Program-made: the position numbers and the translations under genes
Notes under the pieces: model-generated
What the model was told of the DNA's origin: nothing
The model's input: only the letters and a program-made list of their open reading frames with translations
Databases searched by the model: none
NCBI GenBank assembly: GCA_965204725.1
Contig: OZ242005.1
Location: forward strand, 672,001 to 736,000
Length of the DNA: 64,000 nt
Origin: Candidatus Latescibacterota bacterium
GTDB lineage: Bacteria > Latescibacterota > UBA2968 > UBA8231
Direction: 5' to 3'
Shown: positions 18,841 to 29,452 of the stretch, in pieces
Layout of the letters: each line of letters opens with the position of its first letter
Position numbering within the stretch: position 1 is the stretch's first letter

Positions 18841-19869
18841 CTACCTTGCGTTTTTTTCGTTGGCTTTAGCAGCCAGCCGGTTTTTCAGCTCCGCCGGATA
18901 GCGAAGCAGACAGGCCGTGCAGTGCCCCCCGCCCAGATCGACGAGGTGCGGCACGACGCGGGTGCAGATTGCTTCGCGCTCTGGGCAGCGCGGGTGAAAG
19001 GCGCATCCCGCGGGCACGGCCGCCGGATTGGGCGCGTCGCCCTCCAAGAGGGTGCGCGGCCGCTTGGTCTGTGGGTCGGGCGCGGGCACGGCCGCGAGCA
19101 GAGCCCGCGTATAGGGATGGGATGGCTGGCGGTAGAGTTGATCGCGCTCGGCCACCTCAACGACGCGCCCCAAGTACATCACGGCCACCCGATCGGAGAT
19201 GTGGCGCACCACGCTCAAGTCGTGGGCAATAAACATATAGGTCAAGCCCAAATCGCGCTGGAGGTCTTGCAGCAAATTGATGATCTGGGCCTGCACTGAA
19301 ACGTCGAGCGCAGACACGGGCTCGTCGGCGACGATGAACTGCGGCCGCACCGCCAAGGCGCGGGCAATGCCAATGCGCTGGCGCTGACCGCCGGAAAACT
19401 CGTGCGGGTAGCGCCGCGCACAATCCGCCGACAACCCGACCATCGCCAACAATTCCCCCACTCGCTCGGCCAACTCAGCGCGCTCGGCGAGCCTGTGGAC
19501 CTTCAGGGCCTCGCCGATGATGCCGCCCACCGTCATCCGCGGGTTGAGCGACGCATAGGGGTCTTGAAAGATGATCTGCATGTCCCGCCGCTGCCGCCGC
19601 ATGGCCTCCTTGCCCAATCCCAACAGATCGACGCCGGCAAAGAGCACCTGCCCGGCCGTGGCCTCAATGAGCCGCAGCATGAGCCTGCCCAGCGTGGTCT
19701 TGCCGCAGCCGCTCTCCCCGACTACGCCCAAGGTCTCGCCGCGTCCAATCGCCAGATTGACCCCATCGACGGCCTTGACATGGGCCTGCACCCGGCCCCA
19801 AAACCCGCGGCGCACGGGAAAGTATTTTTTAAGCCCCTTGACCTCGACCAAGGGCGCGGCTTGACTCAT
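18841..19869 (-). CDS. Oligopeptide/dipeptide ABC ATP-binding protein (OppF/AppF)
   Basis: [25 protein letters not shown]-terminal CAFHPRC; start set at MSQAAP. Confidence 0.92.
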   Translation of the reverse strand: MSQAAPLVEVKGLKKYFPVRRGFWGRVQAHVKAVDGVNLAIGRGETLGVVGESGCGKTTLGRLMLRLIEATAGQVLFAGVDLLGLGKEAMRRQRRDMQIIFQDPYASLNPRMTVGGIIGEALKVHRLAERAELAERVGELLAMVGLSADCARRYPHEFSGGQRQRIGIARALAVRPQFIVADEPVSALDVSVQAQIINLLQDLQRDLGLTYMFIAHDLSVVRHISDRVAVMYLGRVVEVAERDQLYRQPSHPYTRALLAAVPAPDPQTKRPRTLLEGDAPNPAAVPAGCAFHPRCPEREAICTRVVPHLVDLGGGHCTACLLRYPAELKNRLAAKANEKNAR

Positions 19870-20852
19870 CGGTCCTCCTCCCCTGCCTTCCAACAGCTCG
19901 CCCAATGCCCGGCCTCAACTTCCTCTAGGCGCGGCGTTTCAGCCCGACAGCGGGCGTCGGCCAGCGGGCAGCGCGGGGCAAAGCGACAGCCCGATGGAAA
20001 AGCTCGGGCGTCGGGCACCACGCCCGGGATGATGTCCAATCGCTCCTGCGCGTCATCCAGCCGCGGAATCGAGCGCAGCAAACCGTGCGTATAAGGGTGC
20101 CGCGGGCGGGCGAAAAGCGCTTGCGTTGCCGCGTGTTCGACGATTTGACCCGCGTACATGACCGCCACTTGGTCGGCGGTCTCAGCGATCACCCCGAAGT
20201 CGTGCGTGATCATCACAATCGCCATCTGTAGGGATTTTTGCAGCGACTCCAACAGCGCGAGGATCTGCGCTTGGATCGTCACGTCGAGGGCCGTGGTCGG
20301 CTCGTCGGCAATCAGCACGTCTGGGTTGCACGACAGCGCCATGGCGATCATCACCCGCTGGCGCATCCCGCCCGATAGCTGATGAGGGTATTCGCCGCTC
20401 CGCTGGTCGGGCGCTGGAATGCCCACCAGCTTGAGCATCTCAACCGCCCGGGCGTGCGCTTCCTGCTTGGAAACCTGCTGGTGCAAGACGATGGCCTCGG
20501 CGATCTGGAAGCCGCAGGTCAGCACCGGGTTGAGGCTCGTCATAGGCTCTTGAAAAATCATCGCCAGATCGTCGCCGCGCACTCGGCGCATCTCCTCCTC
20601 GTCCAGCGCGAGCAAGTCGCGCCCCTTGAGCAAAATTTGCCCGGCCTCAATGCGACCCGGCGGGTCGGGCACCAAGCGCATGATCGAGAACGCGCTGACG
20701 CTCTTGCCGCAGCCGCTTTCCCCGACCAATCCCAGCGTCTGGCCCCGCCCCACTGCAAACGACACCCCGTCGACGGCGCGGGCGACGCCCTCTTCGGTGT
20801 GGAAGTAGGTCCGCAAATCGCGGACTTCCAACACGGGATCCGGCGCGATCAT
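19866..20852 (-). CDS. Oligopeptide/dipeptide ABC ATP-binding protein (OppD/AppD)
   Basis: [31 protein letters not shown]. Confidence 0.92.
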   Translation of the reverse strand: MIAPDPVLEVRDLRTYFHTEEGVARAVDGVSFAVGRGQTLGLVGESGCGKSVSAFSIMRLVPDPPGRIEAGQILLKGRDLLALDEEEMRRVRGDDLAMIFQEPMTSLNPVLTCGFQIAEAIVLHQQVSKQEAHARAVEMLKLVGIPAPDQRSGEYPHQLSGGMRQRVMIAMALSCNPDVLIADEPTTALDVTIQAQILALLESLQKSLQMAIVMITHDFGVIAETADQVAVMYAGQIVEHAATQALFARPRHPYTHGLLRSIPRLDDAQERLDIIPGVVPDARAFPSGCRFAPRCPLADARCRAETPRLEEVEAGHWASCWKAGEEDR

Positions 20853-21616
20853 GCGCTTTCTCCAGCCCGGCGCACTTCGTCGGCGGCCAGCGTCCCCCAG
20901 CGCATGGTCGCGCCGAGCTGACGGCGAAAGCCCTCAACTAGGCAATCGACCAACTCGGCCCGGTCGATGGGCCGCCCCATGCAGGCCTGCAAATCCGTGC
21001 TGTGCGCTCGCACCTGTCGGCTCCATTTTTGCCGCGTCCCCTCGTCAATCCGCATCAGTTGCGGCAGGCGCTCGTGCGCCCGGCCGAGCAAAATGGACCC
21101 GTGTTGGAGCAAGCGGCATCCGTAGCGCCGCTGGGCGCTGCCGACCAGCTTGCGCTGCTGGCACTTGAGTTCCCAGCGCGCTGTGCTGCCAAAACAAGGG
21201 GCCGACCGCGAAGGCCCAAGGCAACGACCAGCCCTCTCCAGCTCGACGGAGGCCCCGAACAGCCGCAGCCCTTCGGCCAAGCACGCGCCGATTTTGCGGT
21301 GCGTGGCCTCTACCCGCCCACCCGCGCCGAGGGCCTCGGCCACGCAGGCGACGCTGTACGTCAACTCCTCCCAGTGCAGTACCGCCCGGCCGCCGGTGGG
21401 CCGGCGCACCACGTCAATGCCCAGGGCGCGGCAGGCTGCTATATTGGCTTCGCGTTCGGGCTGCTGATTCCAGCCGCAGGAGACCGCCGGCGGGTCCCAG
21501 CCGTAGAAGCGCAGCACCGGGCCTTGGGCCGCGGCCGCAGCGAGGGCCTGATCGACGCCCATGTTGTACGCGCCGCAGTTCAAACCCGTATCGACGATGC
21601 GCCAAGTAGGGGCCAT
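20849..21616 (-). CDS. Lipoate-protein ligase/octanoyltransferase (LipM-like)
   Basis: [30 protein letters not shown]. Confidence 0.85.
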   Translation of the reverse strand: MAPTWRIVDTGLNCGAYNMGVDQALAAAAAQGPVLRFYGWDPPAVSCGWNQQPEREANIAACRALGIDVVRRPTGGRAVLHWEELTYSVACVAEALGAGGRVEATHRKIGACLAEGLRLFGASVELERAGRCLGPSRSAPCFGSTARWELKCQQRKLVGSAQRRYGCRLLQHGSILLGRAHERLPQLMRIDEGTRQKWSRQVRAHSTDLQACMGRPIDRAELVDCLVEGFRRQLGATMRWGTLAADEVRRAGESA

Positions 21617-22374
21617 TAGAGCGCGTCCAAACTCTCGAGGGCGTCCTTGGCCGCCCTCTGTTGGGCCTCCTTCTTGCTCCGCCCTTGGCCCCAGCCCATG
21701 CGCCGACCCGTAATGCTCACTTCGACGATAAAGAGCTTGTCGTGGTCAGGCCCCTCCTCGGCGTGAACCCAGTAGCGGGGGGGGCCATTGCCCATGCTCT
21801 GCGAGTATTCGAGTAACTTGCTCTTAAAGTTGAAGGTCGCGTCCTGTTGGACTATTTGGTGAAAATCCGCGAGCACCGCGCGCTGGACAAAGGCACGGGC
21901 CGCCTCTAGCCCCCCGTCGAGATAGATCGCCCCAATCAGCGACTCCAAAGTGTCGCAGAGAATCGACGGCCGCTGGCCGCCGTTGGCCTCGCGCTCATAA
22001 GGACTCAGCAACACAAAGGTCCCCACTCCGAGGCGATCCGCTTGCTGAGCCAGCACCGTGCGGCTGACCAACTGCGACCTCATCTGGGTCAACTCGCCCT
22101 CGGCCTTGTCCTCAAAGCGGCGGAAGAGGAATTCAGAGACCAACAGCTCCAGCACGGCGTCGCCGAGAAATTCGAGCCGCTCGTTCGACTCGAGGCGGTC
22201 GCTGCCCTCCTTGGCGTACACGTACGATCGATGCTTGAGGGCCTTGACCAACAGATGCTCATTCTTAAAACGGTAGCCCAACCGACTTTCGAGGGCGCGC
22301 CGCGAACCCGAGGCCAACTCTCGTCGGTCGCCCGCCGGCTTGTAGCGATTCCACAGGGTCGAAATCCAGCTCAT
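21616..22374 (-). CDS. rnc: Ribonuclease III
   Basis: NERLEFLGDAVL signature and dsRBD. Confidence 0.97.
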   Translation of the reverse strand: MSWISTLWNRYKPAGDRRELASGSRRALESRLGYRFKNEHLLVKALKHRSYVYAKEGSDRLESNERLEFLGDAVLELLVSEFLFRRFEDKAEGELTQMRSQLVSRTVLAQQADRLGVGTFVLLSPYEREANGGQRPSILCDTLESLIGAIYLDGGLEAARAFVQRAVLADFHQIVQQDATFNFKSKLLEYSQSMGNGPPRYWVHAEEGPDHDKLFIVEVSITGRRMGWGQGRSKKEAQQRAAKDALESLDAL

Positions 22375-22446
22375 AAGCCTAATGCCCGATTGAAAACCTC
22401 GTTTGGCGTGCGCGGGGAGCGTTAGCGTTGGGGATGTGCGTCAGCG

Positions 22447-23706
22447 TCAGCCCGTGAAGCGACCAAACACCAGTGCCACGTTGTGGCCGCCAAAGCCAAA
22501 GGAGTTGTTGAGGGCGTAGTTTACCTGCACGCGGCGAGCCTCGTTGGGCACGTAGTCGAGGTCGCATTCGGGGTCGGGGTTTTCGTAGTTGATCGTCGGC
22601 GGCAGCACCCCGCTTTTGAGCGCCATAATGCAGGCGACGCTCTCGATAGCCCCGGCCGCGCCCAACAGATGCCCGGTCATGGACTTGGTCGAACTTACGG
22701 CCATGCGGTCGGTATGGCCGGCAAAGACCGCCTTGAGCGCCGCAGTCTCCTGCTGGTCGCCCATGGGGGTCGAGGTGCCATGGGCATTGACGTACCCGAT
22801 GTCGCTCGGGGCCAAGCCCCCGTCTTGCAGCGCGATGCGGATGGCCCGCGCCCCGCCCTCGGCCCCTGGGGCCATGGCCGTCTGGTGATAGGCGTCGGCG
22901 GTAAAACCCAGCCCGAGAAACTCTCCGTAGATCTCGGCCCCGCGCCCTCGGGCGTGCTCCAACTCCTCCAAGATGACGCCCCCGGCCCCTTCGCCGAGCA
23001 CGAATCCGTCGCGCTCAGCGTCAAAGGGCCGACTGGCCCGCTCGGGCTCGTGGTTGCGCGTCGATAGGGCCTTGGCCGAGGAAAAGCCCGCCATGGAAAT
23101 GGGCGTGACGGCCGCTTCTGAGCCGCCGGTCACCATCACGTCGGCTTCCCCGTACTGAATTTTGCGCGCCGACTCGCCCAAGGCATGGGCCGCCGATGAA
23201 CAGGCCGACACCGTGGCGTAGTTCGGCCCTTTGGCCCCCAACTCCATGGCGATCACGCCCGGGGCCATGTCGGAGATCATCATGGGCACGTAGAACGGGC
23301 TGACGCGCTTGGGGCCTTTCTCCAACAGGATGGTGTGCTGGTCTTCGTGGGTCTGAATCCCGCCGATACCCGAGCCCCAGATCACGCCCACGCGCTCGGG
23401 GTCAACCGCTTCCATGTCGAGCCGGGCGCGGCTAGCCGCCTCTTTGGCCACGCAGACTGCGTAGTGCGTGAAGGCGTCGTTGCGGCGCACATCCTTGCGG
23501 TCCATGACCGCCTCCGGGGCGAAATTCTTGACCTCGGCCGCGATCGTGGTCCGGTGTTGGGAAGCGTCGAACTTGGTGATCGGCCCGACCCCCCCCCGGC
23601 CGGCTAGGAGCGCGTTCCAGAACGTCGGCAGGTCGTTGCCATTGGGTGCTAAGACCCCCAAGCCGGTGACGACGGCTCTGCGCCTCTGTACTGGAGCTTC
23701 GCTCAC
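22447..23706 (-). CDS. fabF: 3-oxoacyl-ACP synthase II
   Basis: [31 protein letters not shown]. Confidence 0.97.
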   Translation of the reverse strand: MSEAPVQRRRAVVTGLGVLAPNGNDLPTFWNALLAGRGGVGPITKFDASQHRTTIAAEVKNFAPEAVMDRKDVRRNDAFTHYAVCVAKEAASRARLDMEAVDPERVGVIWGSGIGGIQTHEDQHTILLEKGPKRVSPFYVPMMISDMAPGVIAMELGAKGPNYATVSACSSAAHALGESARKIQYGEADVMVTGGSEAAVTPISMAGFSSAKALSTRNHEPERASRPFDAERDGFVLGEGAGGVILEELEHARGRGAEIYGEFLGLGFTADAYHQTAMAPGAEGGARAIRIALQDGGLAPSDIGYVNAHGTSTPMGDQQETAALKAVFAGHTDRMAVSSTKSMTGHLLGAAGAIESVACIMALKSGVLPPTINYENPDPECDLDYVPNEARRVQVNYALNNSFGFGGHNVALVFGRFTG

Positions 23707-23942
23707 GCCTTGCTGTTCTCTTCTAGGTACTTAATCGCATCGGCTACGACGGCCATCTTTTCGGCGTCCTCGTCCGGGATGTCGATCCCGAACTCCTCTT
23801 CAAAGGCCATGACCAGCTCGACGGTATCGAGCGAATCGGCCCCCAAATCGTCGATAAAAGATGCCTGGGGATTTACTTGATCTTGGCTCACGCCGAGCTG
23901 TTCGACGACCAGATCTCTCACGCGCTCTTCAATAGAAGCCAT
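23703..23942 (-). CDS. acpP: Acyl carrier protein
   Basis: [20 protein letters not shown]. Confidence 0.98.
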   Translation of the reverse strand: MASIEERVRDLVVEQLGVSQDQVNPQASFIDDLGADSLDTVELVMAFEEEFGIDIPDEDAEKMAVVADAIKYLEENSKA

Positions 23943-24053
23943 GGTGGGTTCCTCTTGGGATAGGAGTAAACAATTGTCTCCGCTGCGGCCAATGGCCGGC
24001 GGCCTAGCAATTAGGGTATAAATATAGGCGATGGGCCAATTTTTTGCTAGCCA

Positions 24054-24803
24054 TCACATGACCATGCCGCCATCTACGGCCAAGACTTGGCCGGTGATAT
24101 AGGCGGCCTGATCCGAGGCTAGAAACGCCACGGCATGGGCCACGTCTTCCGGCGTCCCCGCTCGCCCCAGCGGCACCGCGGCCATCATCTGTTCCTGCTG
24201 CTGGGGTGTCAACCCGTCCGTCATGCCCGTTTCCGGCACGAGCCCCGGGGCCACGGCATTGGCGGTGATCCCACGCGAGGCCAACTCCCGCGCCAAGCTC
24301 TTGGTCAGGCCGATCAACCCGGCCTTGGACGCGGCGTAGTTGGCTTGACCGGCATTGCCCAGCAATCCCACGACCGAGGTGATGTTGACGATTCGCCCGC
24401 CGCGAGCCTTGAGCATGGGACGCACCGCCGCCCGGACGCAGTTGAAGGCCCCCTTGAGGTTGATCGCCAACACCTCGTCCCAGTCCTCCTCCTTCATCCG
24501 CATCAGCAAATTGTCGCGGGTGACGCCGGCGTTGTTGACCAACACGTCTAGCCGGCCCAACTCCGCGATCGTCGCCGCCACGAGCGCGGCCGCCTGCTCG
24601 GCGTCGGCGACATCGGCTTGGCGCACGAGGCAGCGGCGGCCCAGCGTCTCAATGGCCGCGGCCACTTCGCCGGCCGCCGCCACCCGGCGAGCGCAGACGG
24701 CCAAATCCGCGCCCTCTGCGGCCAAGCGCAGGGCAATGGCCCGGCCGATGCCCCGTGACCCACCGGTCACTAACGCGACTTTTCCCTCTAAGAGTCCCAT
24801 CAC
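24054..24803 (-). CDS. fabG: 3-oxoacyl-ACP reductase
   Basis: TGGSRGIG, NNAGVTRD, NYAASK; operon context. Confidence 0.95.
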   Translation of the reverse strand: MMGLLEGKVALVTGGSRGIGRAIALRLAAEGADLAVCARRVAAAGEVAAAIETLGRRCLVRQADVADAEQAAALVAATIAELGRLDVLVNNAGVTRDNLLMRMKEEDWDEVLAINLKGAFNCVRAAVRPMLKARGGRIVNITSVVGLLGNAGQANYAASKAGLIGLTKSLARELASRGITANAVAPGLVPETGMTDGLTPQQQEQMMAAVPLGRAGTPEDVAHAVAFLASDQAAYITGQVLAVDGGMVM

Positions 24804-25729
24804 TCCGCTCCTTTGGCGGCGGCGATTTCTCCAGCGGTCCCCGCCAAGGCGACCGCCAGCTTGGGCGCGGTGCGACGCCCCAACCCCCTTAGCACGGCCC
24901 CCGGCCCCACTTCAAAAGCGCGGCTAATGCCCATGGCCGCCAGCCGCTGCACGGTCGCGCTCCAGCGAACCGGGCTCGTCATCTGCTCAATTAGGTGCGA
25001 CCGCAACGTTTCGGGGTCTTGCACGGGCGCGGCCGAGACATTGGTCAACACCGGCACATGCGGCCGCGCAAAGGGCACGGCCCGCAACAGCGGCTCGATC
25101 TGCTCGGCCGCCGATTCCATAAGCGGCGAGTGAAAAGCCCCACTGACGGCCAATTCGACGACGCGCCGAGTGCCGGCTTGGGTGGCCAACTCCCGCACCC
25201 GCGCCACCGCGGCCCGCTCACCCGACACTACGACTTGGCCCGGCGCGTTGAAATTGGCGGGAACGACAATCCCCACCTCGGCTGCTTGTTGGCACAACGC
25301 TGCGACGTGGTCGTCGTCCAACCCGATCACCGCCCCCATCGTCCCCGGCCGCGCCCGGCCGGCTTCCTGCATCAACCGGCCGCGCGTACCCACGAGCGTC
25401 AGAGCCTCCGCAAAGGGGAGCACACCGGCCGCCACCAGCGCCGAGTATTCCCCGAGACTGTGTCCGGCTACGGCCACAGGCTGTGGCCCGGCCGCGGCGA
25501 GCAACTCGCCAACGGCCACGCTGTGGACGAAGACGGCCGGCTGCGTAATGTGGGTTTGCGCCAGTTGCTCGGCCGGCCCCTCAAAGCAAAGCGCGCTGAG
25601 CGCAAAGCCCAGCACCTCGTCGGCCTCGGCAAAGCGCGCCCGCACTGACCCGTACCGCTCGCAGAGGTCGCGGGCCATGCCCACCGCCTGCGAACCCTGC
25701 CCCGGAAACAAAAAGGCGCGGCCCCCCAT
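24800..25729 (-). CDS. fabD: Malonyl-CoA-ACP transacylase
   Basis: FPGQGSQ, GHSLGEY, AFHS. Confidence 0.96.
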   Translation of the reverse strand: MGGRAFLFPGQGSQAVGMARDLCERYGSVRARFAEADEVLGFALSALCFEGPAEQLAQTHITQPAVFVHSVAVGELLAAAGPQPVAVAGHSLGEYSALVAAGVLPFAEALTLVGTRGRLMQEAGRARPGTMGAVIGLDDDHVAALCQQAAEVGIVVPANFNAPGQVVVSGERAAVARVRELATQAGTRRVVELAVSGAFHSPLMESAAEQIEPLLRAVPFARPHVPVLTNVSAAPVQDPETLRSHLIEQMTSPVRWSATVQRLAAMGISRAFEVGPGAVLRGLGRRTAPKLAVALAGTAGEIAAAKGAE

Positions 25730-25730
25730 C

Positions 25731-26735
25731 TCAGGCCCCCCAGCGAAACAGGACGCTGCCCCAAGTGAGGCCGCCGCCGACGCCGGTCATTAGCACCAAA
25801 TCGCCGCGCTCCAGCCGACCTTGGTCCACGGCTTCGGCCAAGGCAATCGGGATCGTCGCGGCCGTGGTGTTGGCGTAGCGGTCGATGTTGATCATCACCT
25901 TTTCCGGGGGGAGCTTCATGCGCTCGGCCGCGGCGTCAATGATGCGCTTGTTGGCTTGATGGGGCACGAAGAGCTTGAGGTCGTCGCCCGTAAGACCATT
26001 GCGCTTTAGCAGGCTGGCGGACACTTCGGCCATTTTTTCCACGGCGAACCGGAAGACCGCCCGCCCCTCTTGGCGGATGTAGTGCATGCGCTGATCGACC
26101 GTGTCGTGCGAAGGAGGATGCAGGCTGCCGCCGCCTTTGATGTGCAGACATTCGACCGCGGCCCCGTCGGCGTATAGCTCAAAGTCAATCATGCCCGCTT
26201 GGTCTTCGCTGCGCTCGAGCAACACCCCACCCGCCCCATCGCCAAAGAGCACGCACGTCGTGCGGTCCTCAAAGTCGAGGATGCTGCTCATCTTGTCGGC
26301 GCCGATGACCATCACCCGGCGATGCGTACCGCTTTCGATGAATTGCGCTCCGGTCGCCACGGCAAAGACAAAGCCGGAGCACGCGGCCGACAGGTCGTAG
26401 GCCCAGACCCGGTTGGCCCCAATGGCGTGCTGCACCAAGCAGGCCGTCGCCGGAAAGATCATGTCTGGAGTAATGGTCGCGACGATGATCAGGTCGAGGC
26501 TGGCCGCGGCGATTCCACGCCGGGCCAAGAGCGTGCGAGCGACCGCGTTGGCCATGGTGGAGGTCGGCTCGTCGGCCCGTAGGAAGCGCCGCTCGGCAAT
26601 GCCGGTGCGCGTGCGGATCCACTCATCCGAGGTGCTTACCAGCCGCTCCATGTCGGCGTTGGCGACCACCCGGTCGGGCAGGAAGTGCGCCGTTGCCGTA
26701 ATGGCCGCGCGAAATTTTTTTTCCTCTTCAGCCAC
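25731..26735 (-). CDS. fabH: 3-oxoacyl-ACP synthase III
   Basis: AACSGF, LFGDGAG, PHQAN, ANT catalytic triad. Confidence 0.95.
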   Translation of the reverse strand: MAEEEKKFRAAITATAHFLPDRVVANADMERLVSTSDEWIRTRTGIAERRFLRADEPTSTMANAVARTLLARRGIAAASLDLIIVATITPDMIFPATACLVQHAIGANRVWAYDLSAACSGFVFAVATGAQFIESGTHRRVMVIGADKMSSILDFEDRTTCVLFGDGAGGVLLERSEDQAGMIDFELYADGAAVECLHIKGGGSLHPPSHDTVDQRMHYIRQEGRAVFRFAVEKMAEVSASLLKRNGLTGDDLKLFVPHQANKRIIDAAAERMKLPPEKVMINIDRYANTTAATIPIALAEAVDQGRLERGDLVLMTGVGGGLTWGSVLFRWGA

Positions 26736-26757
26736 GCAGTCTCAGGCCCCGAGCAGC

Positions 26758-26940
26758 TTACACTTCAGGCTCGATGTATTCGCGGCCTCGATAGAATCCG
26801 CAGCTCGGGCAGACGCGATGGGGCAAGGCGGGCTGTCCGCAGTGGGAGCAAGTAGTCCTCGCCGCGGCCTTGATCTTCCAGTGAGTGCGCCGCTTGTCGC
26901 GGCGGGTGCGCGAAATTCTCCTCTTCGGTACTGCAGCCAC
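26758..26940 (-). CDS. rpmF: 50S ribosomal protein L32 (zinc-ribbon type)
   Basis: MAAVPKRRISRTRRDKRR, CSHC/CPSC. Confidence 0.97.
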   Translation of the reverse strand: MAAVPKRRISRTRRDKRRTHWKIKAAARTTCSHCGQPALPHRVCPSCGFYRGREYIEPEV

Positions 26941-26952
26941 GGGGAACTCCTC

Positions 26953-27492
26953 TCAAGAACCTTCTTTGGGTTGCGAAAAATCGATCTGCGCGAGGACCGC
27001 CCAACGCGGGTCGGCCCCGCTCGCCGCTGCGGCGGTGGGTTCGTCGGCTCCGTCCACTCCGCAGGATGGGCACCGCCCATCGTCGTCTGGGGTGGGTATG
27101 CGCATGGGCAAGTCCAAGATCACGGCTTCGCGGAGGTACGCACACAAATCGATCTCGCGCGTCCCGGGATCGACGATCTCGATGTACCCGTCTGCTTCGG
27201 CCGACGCCAACTCTTCGGGGGTCGCTCGGCGGCGCTGCAAGAGCAAGCGAAACCGCGCCGCGATCTCTTCTTGCACTTGGTTCAGGCAGCGATAGCACTC
27301 GCCGGCAATGCGGCAAGTGACGACGCCATCGAGCCGGAAGTTGTCGAGGGTGCGCCGCACCTCAACGCGGGCTTCAATCGGCGCGGGAAAGGCGAAAAAC
27401 TCGTCTTTTAGCTCCAGTTGCTCCGCGCGCAATTCAAAGGCGAGTGCATTGGGGCCTTCTACGAGGTCGTCGAGTACGAGCAAGGCACTCAT
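26953..27492 (-). CDS. YceD/DUF177 family protein
   Basis: ECYRCL, EAVILDLPM, CPSCG, DPRWAVL; upstream of rpmF; start set at MSALL. Confidence 0.88.
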   Translation of the reverse strand: MSALLVLDDLVEGPNALAFELRAEQLELKDEFFAFPAPIEARVEVRRTLDNFRLDGVVTCRIAGECYRCLNQVQEEIAARFRLLLQRRRATPEELASAEADGYIEIVDPGTREIDLCAYLREAVILDLPMRIPTPDDDGRCPSCGVDGADEPTAAAASGADPRWAVLAQIDFSQPKEGS

Positions 27493-27499
27493 GGCGCGT

Positions 27500-27901
27500 T
27501 CAGTCGGCAAAGAAAAACGCGATCTCAGACTCGGCGTTGACCGTTGAGTCCGAGGCGTGGACGGCGTTGCATTGCACGTCCGTGCCAAAGTCGCCGCGAA
27601 TCGTGCCCGCCGGGGCTTCTAGGCTGTTGGTCGGGCCGATGAAATCGCGCAGGTACGCCACGGCGTTGGCGCGTTCTAGCACCATGGGCACCACCGGCCC
27701 CGAGGTCATAAATTCCACTAGTTCGCCGTAGAAAGGCCGCTCCCGATGCACGGCGTAGAAGGCCCGCGCCTGCTCTGCGGATAGCTCAACCATGCGCAGC
27801 GCGCGCACGAAAAACCCCGCGCCCTCAACGCGGGCCATAATCGAGCCGATGGCGTTTTTGGCGACCGCATCGGGCTTGATGATCATCAACGTGCGTTCCA
27901 T
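27500..27901 (-). CDS. ndk: Nucleoside diphosphate kinase
   Basis: [27 protein letters not shown]. Confidence 0.97.
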   Translation of the reverse strand: MERTLMIIKPDAVAKNAIGSIMARVEGAGFFVRALRMVELSAEQARAFYAVHRERPFYGELVEFMTSGPVVPMVLERANAVAYLRDFIGPTNSLEAPAGTIRGDFGTDVQCNAVHASDSTVNAESEIAFFFAD

Positions 27902-27943
27902 AGTTTTTCAGCGAGTGTATCCCATAGTCAAACAAAATTTTTT

Positions 27944-27972
27944 AAGATAGGAGCCAATTTGTCTTGTGTCAA
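27944..27972 (-). promoter_or_regulatory. Sigma70-type promoter for the ndk-fab operon
   Basis: TTGACA-17 nt-TATCTT on minus strand. Confidence 0.6.
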
Positions 27973-28035
27973 TGGACGCCGCGCACGACAAAATGCCCTA
28001 AGTATCGATTCCATAAAGGGTTCGGCTCGCATTTC

Positions 28036-28064
28036 TTGACAGGGTAACAGGCCCCCCCTAGATT
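28036..28064 (+). promoter_or_regulatory. Sigma70-type promoter for HD gene (near-leaderless)
   Basis: TTGACA-17 nt-TAGATT, ATG 12 nt downstream. Confidence 0.6.
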
Positions 28065-28075
28065 GGCCCAACCTG

Positions 28076-29419
28076 ATGGATCATCCACTTTTAGCCGAAG
28101 AAGGCAAGGTCATTCGCGACCCGGTTTGGGGCTATATCCACTTCCCCGATCCCGTCCTCGCGCTCGTCGATACCCGGGCCTTTCAGCGCCTGCGCAACAT
28201 CACCCAGCTCGGCTACGTGCATCTGGTGTATCCGGGGGCGCACCACTCGCGCTTTGAGCACTCGCTCGGCGTCTATCACTTGGCCAAGCAGTTTTTGGCT
28301 CGGCTCCTCGACTCAGACCCGCCCCTCGTGCTCAGCGACGAGGATGTGCGCGTCTTTATCGCCGCCACCTTGCTCCACGACATCGGGCACTACCCCTTCT
28401 CGCACACCCTCGAAGAGCTAAGGCCCTTTTTCATTCGGCACGAAGAAGGGGCGAGGCAGATCATTGAGGACCAAGATGGCGAGCTCTACCAGACGCTCGC
28501 CGATAAGTTCGAGATTGACCCGGCGCGGGTAGCCAACGTCATCGACTACGAGAGCAGCGGCCACGCGATTTCCCCCGAGGATCGGCTGCTGGCCAACATC
28601 CTCAGCAACACCCTCGACCCCGACAAAATCGACTATCTCTTGCGCGATTCCATGTTCTGCGGCGTCCCCTTCGGCGAGAGCGTCAACCGCGACCGCCTGA
28701 TCGCCTCCATCCAGTTCGACCCGCAGGGCCAGCGGCTAGCCATCACCAGCAAAGGCGTCTCGGCCGTCGAGGCCCTAGTTTTTACCAACTATCAGATGTA
28801 CCGCAACGTGTACTGGCATCACGGGGTGCGTGCGGCGTCGGCCATGTTCAAGCGCGCCGTGCAAGAGATCCTCCTCCACCCGCACAACCAGCTCGACTTC
28901 TCCGACTTTCACCACCTCACCGAGAGCGGGCTGCTCGCTCGCCTCCAGCGCGAGCAGGAGCGCTTAGGGTTAGCCACCTCCGCCCAGCTCCTCGAGGGTA
29001 CGATCCACCGCCGCCTCTACAAGGTCGGGGCCGTCATTCACTCGAGCGAGCGCACTCAGCCTCTGATGCGCCACCTCGATTTCCTCTTCCGCCATCCCTA
29101 CAAGCGCCGCGCCAAGGAAATTGAGCTTTGCCAAGTTTTCGGCCAGCGGCTCGGCCGGCCGCTCCAAGGCCACGAAATTCTCATCGACATCCCCAGCTTC
29201 AACAAGACGCCCGAATTCGATCTCCGGGTCTTCTACGGTCGCCCGCTTCCCGCCGACGAGGCCGCCCCCCGAACCTTTGCCGATCCAGAGGTTTCCCGCC
29301 TGCGCGACTCGCTGCTGCACAACTTTGAGGACCAAGCCAAAATTTTCCGCATCTTCTGCATTGACGATCCCGACCTGCGGGCACTAGTCGGCAAAGAGGC
29401 CAAGCAGCACCTCAGTTGA
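28076..29419 (+). CDS. HD-domain phosphohydrolase, SAMHD1-like dNTP triphosphohydrolase family
   Basis: IRDPVWG, FQRLRNITQLG, HSRFEHSLG, LLHDIGHYPFSH, DKIDYL. Confidence 0.88.
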   Translation: MDHPLLAEEGKVIRDPVWGYIHFPDPVLALVDTRAFQRLRNITQLGYVHLVYPGAHHSRFEHSLGVYHLAKQFLARLLDSDPPLVLSDEDVRVFIAATLLHDIGHYPFSHTLEELRPFFIRHEEGARQIIEDQDGELYQTLADKFEIDPARVANVIDYESSGHAISPEDRLLANILSNTLDPDKIDYLLRDSMFCGVPFGESVNRDRLIASIQFDPQGQRLAITSKGVSAVEALVFTNYQMYRNVYWHHGVRAASAMFKRAVQEILLHPHNQLDFSDFHHLTESGLLARLQREQERLGLATSAQLLEGTIHRRLYKVGAVIHSSERTQPLMRHLDFLFRHPYKRRAKEIELCQVFGQRLGRPLQGHEILIDIPSFNKTPEFDLRVFYGRPLPADEAAPRTFADPEVSRLRDSLLHNFEDQAKIFRIFCIDDPDLRALVGKEAKQHLS

Positions 29420-29452
29420 CGCGCTGAATGCCCTATTGCGAGGAGGTATCCG

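Noticed and set aside
22447-26735. Secondary-metabolite type II PKS cluster
   Set aside because: Standard fatty acid synthesis operon linked to rpmF and rnc; no chain-length factor or cyclases.
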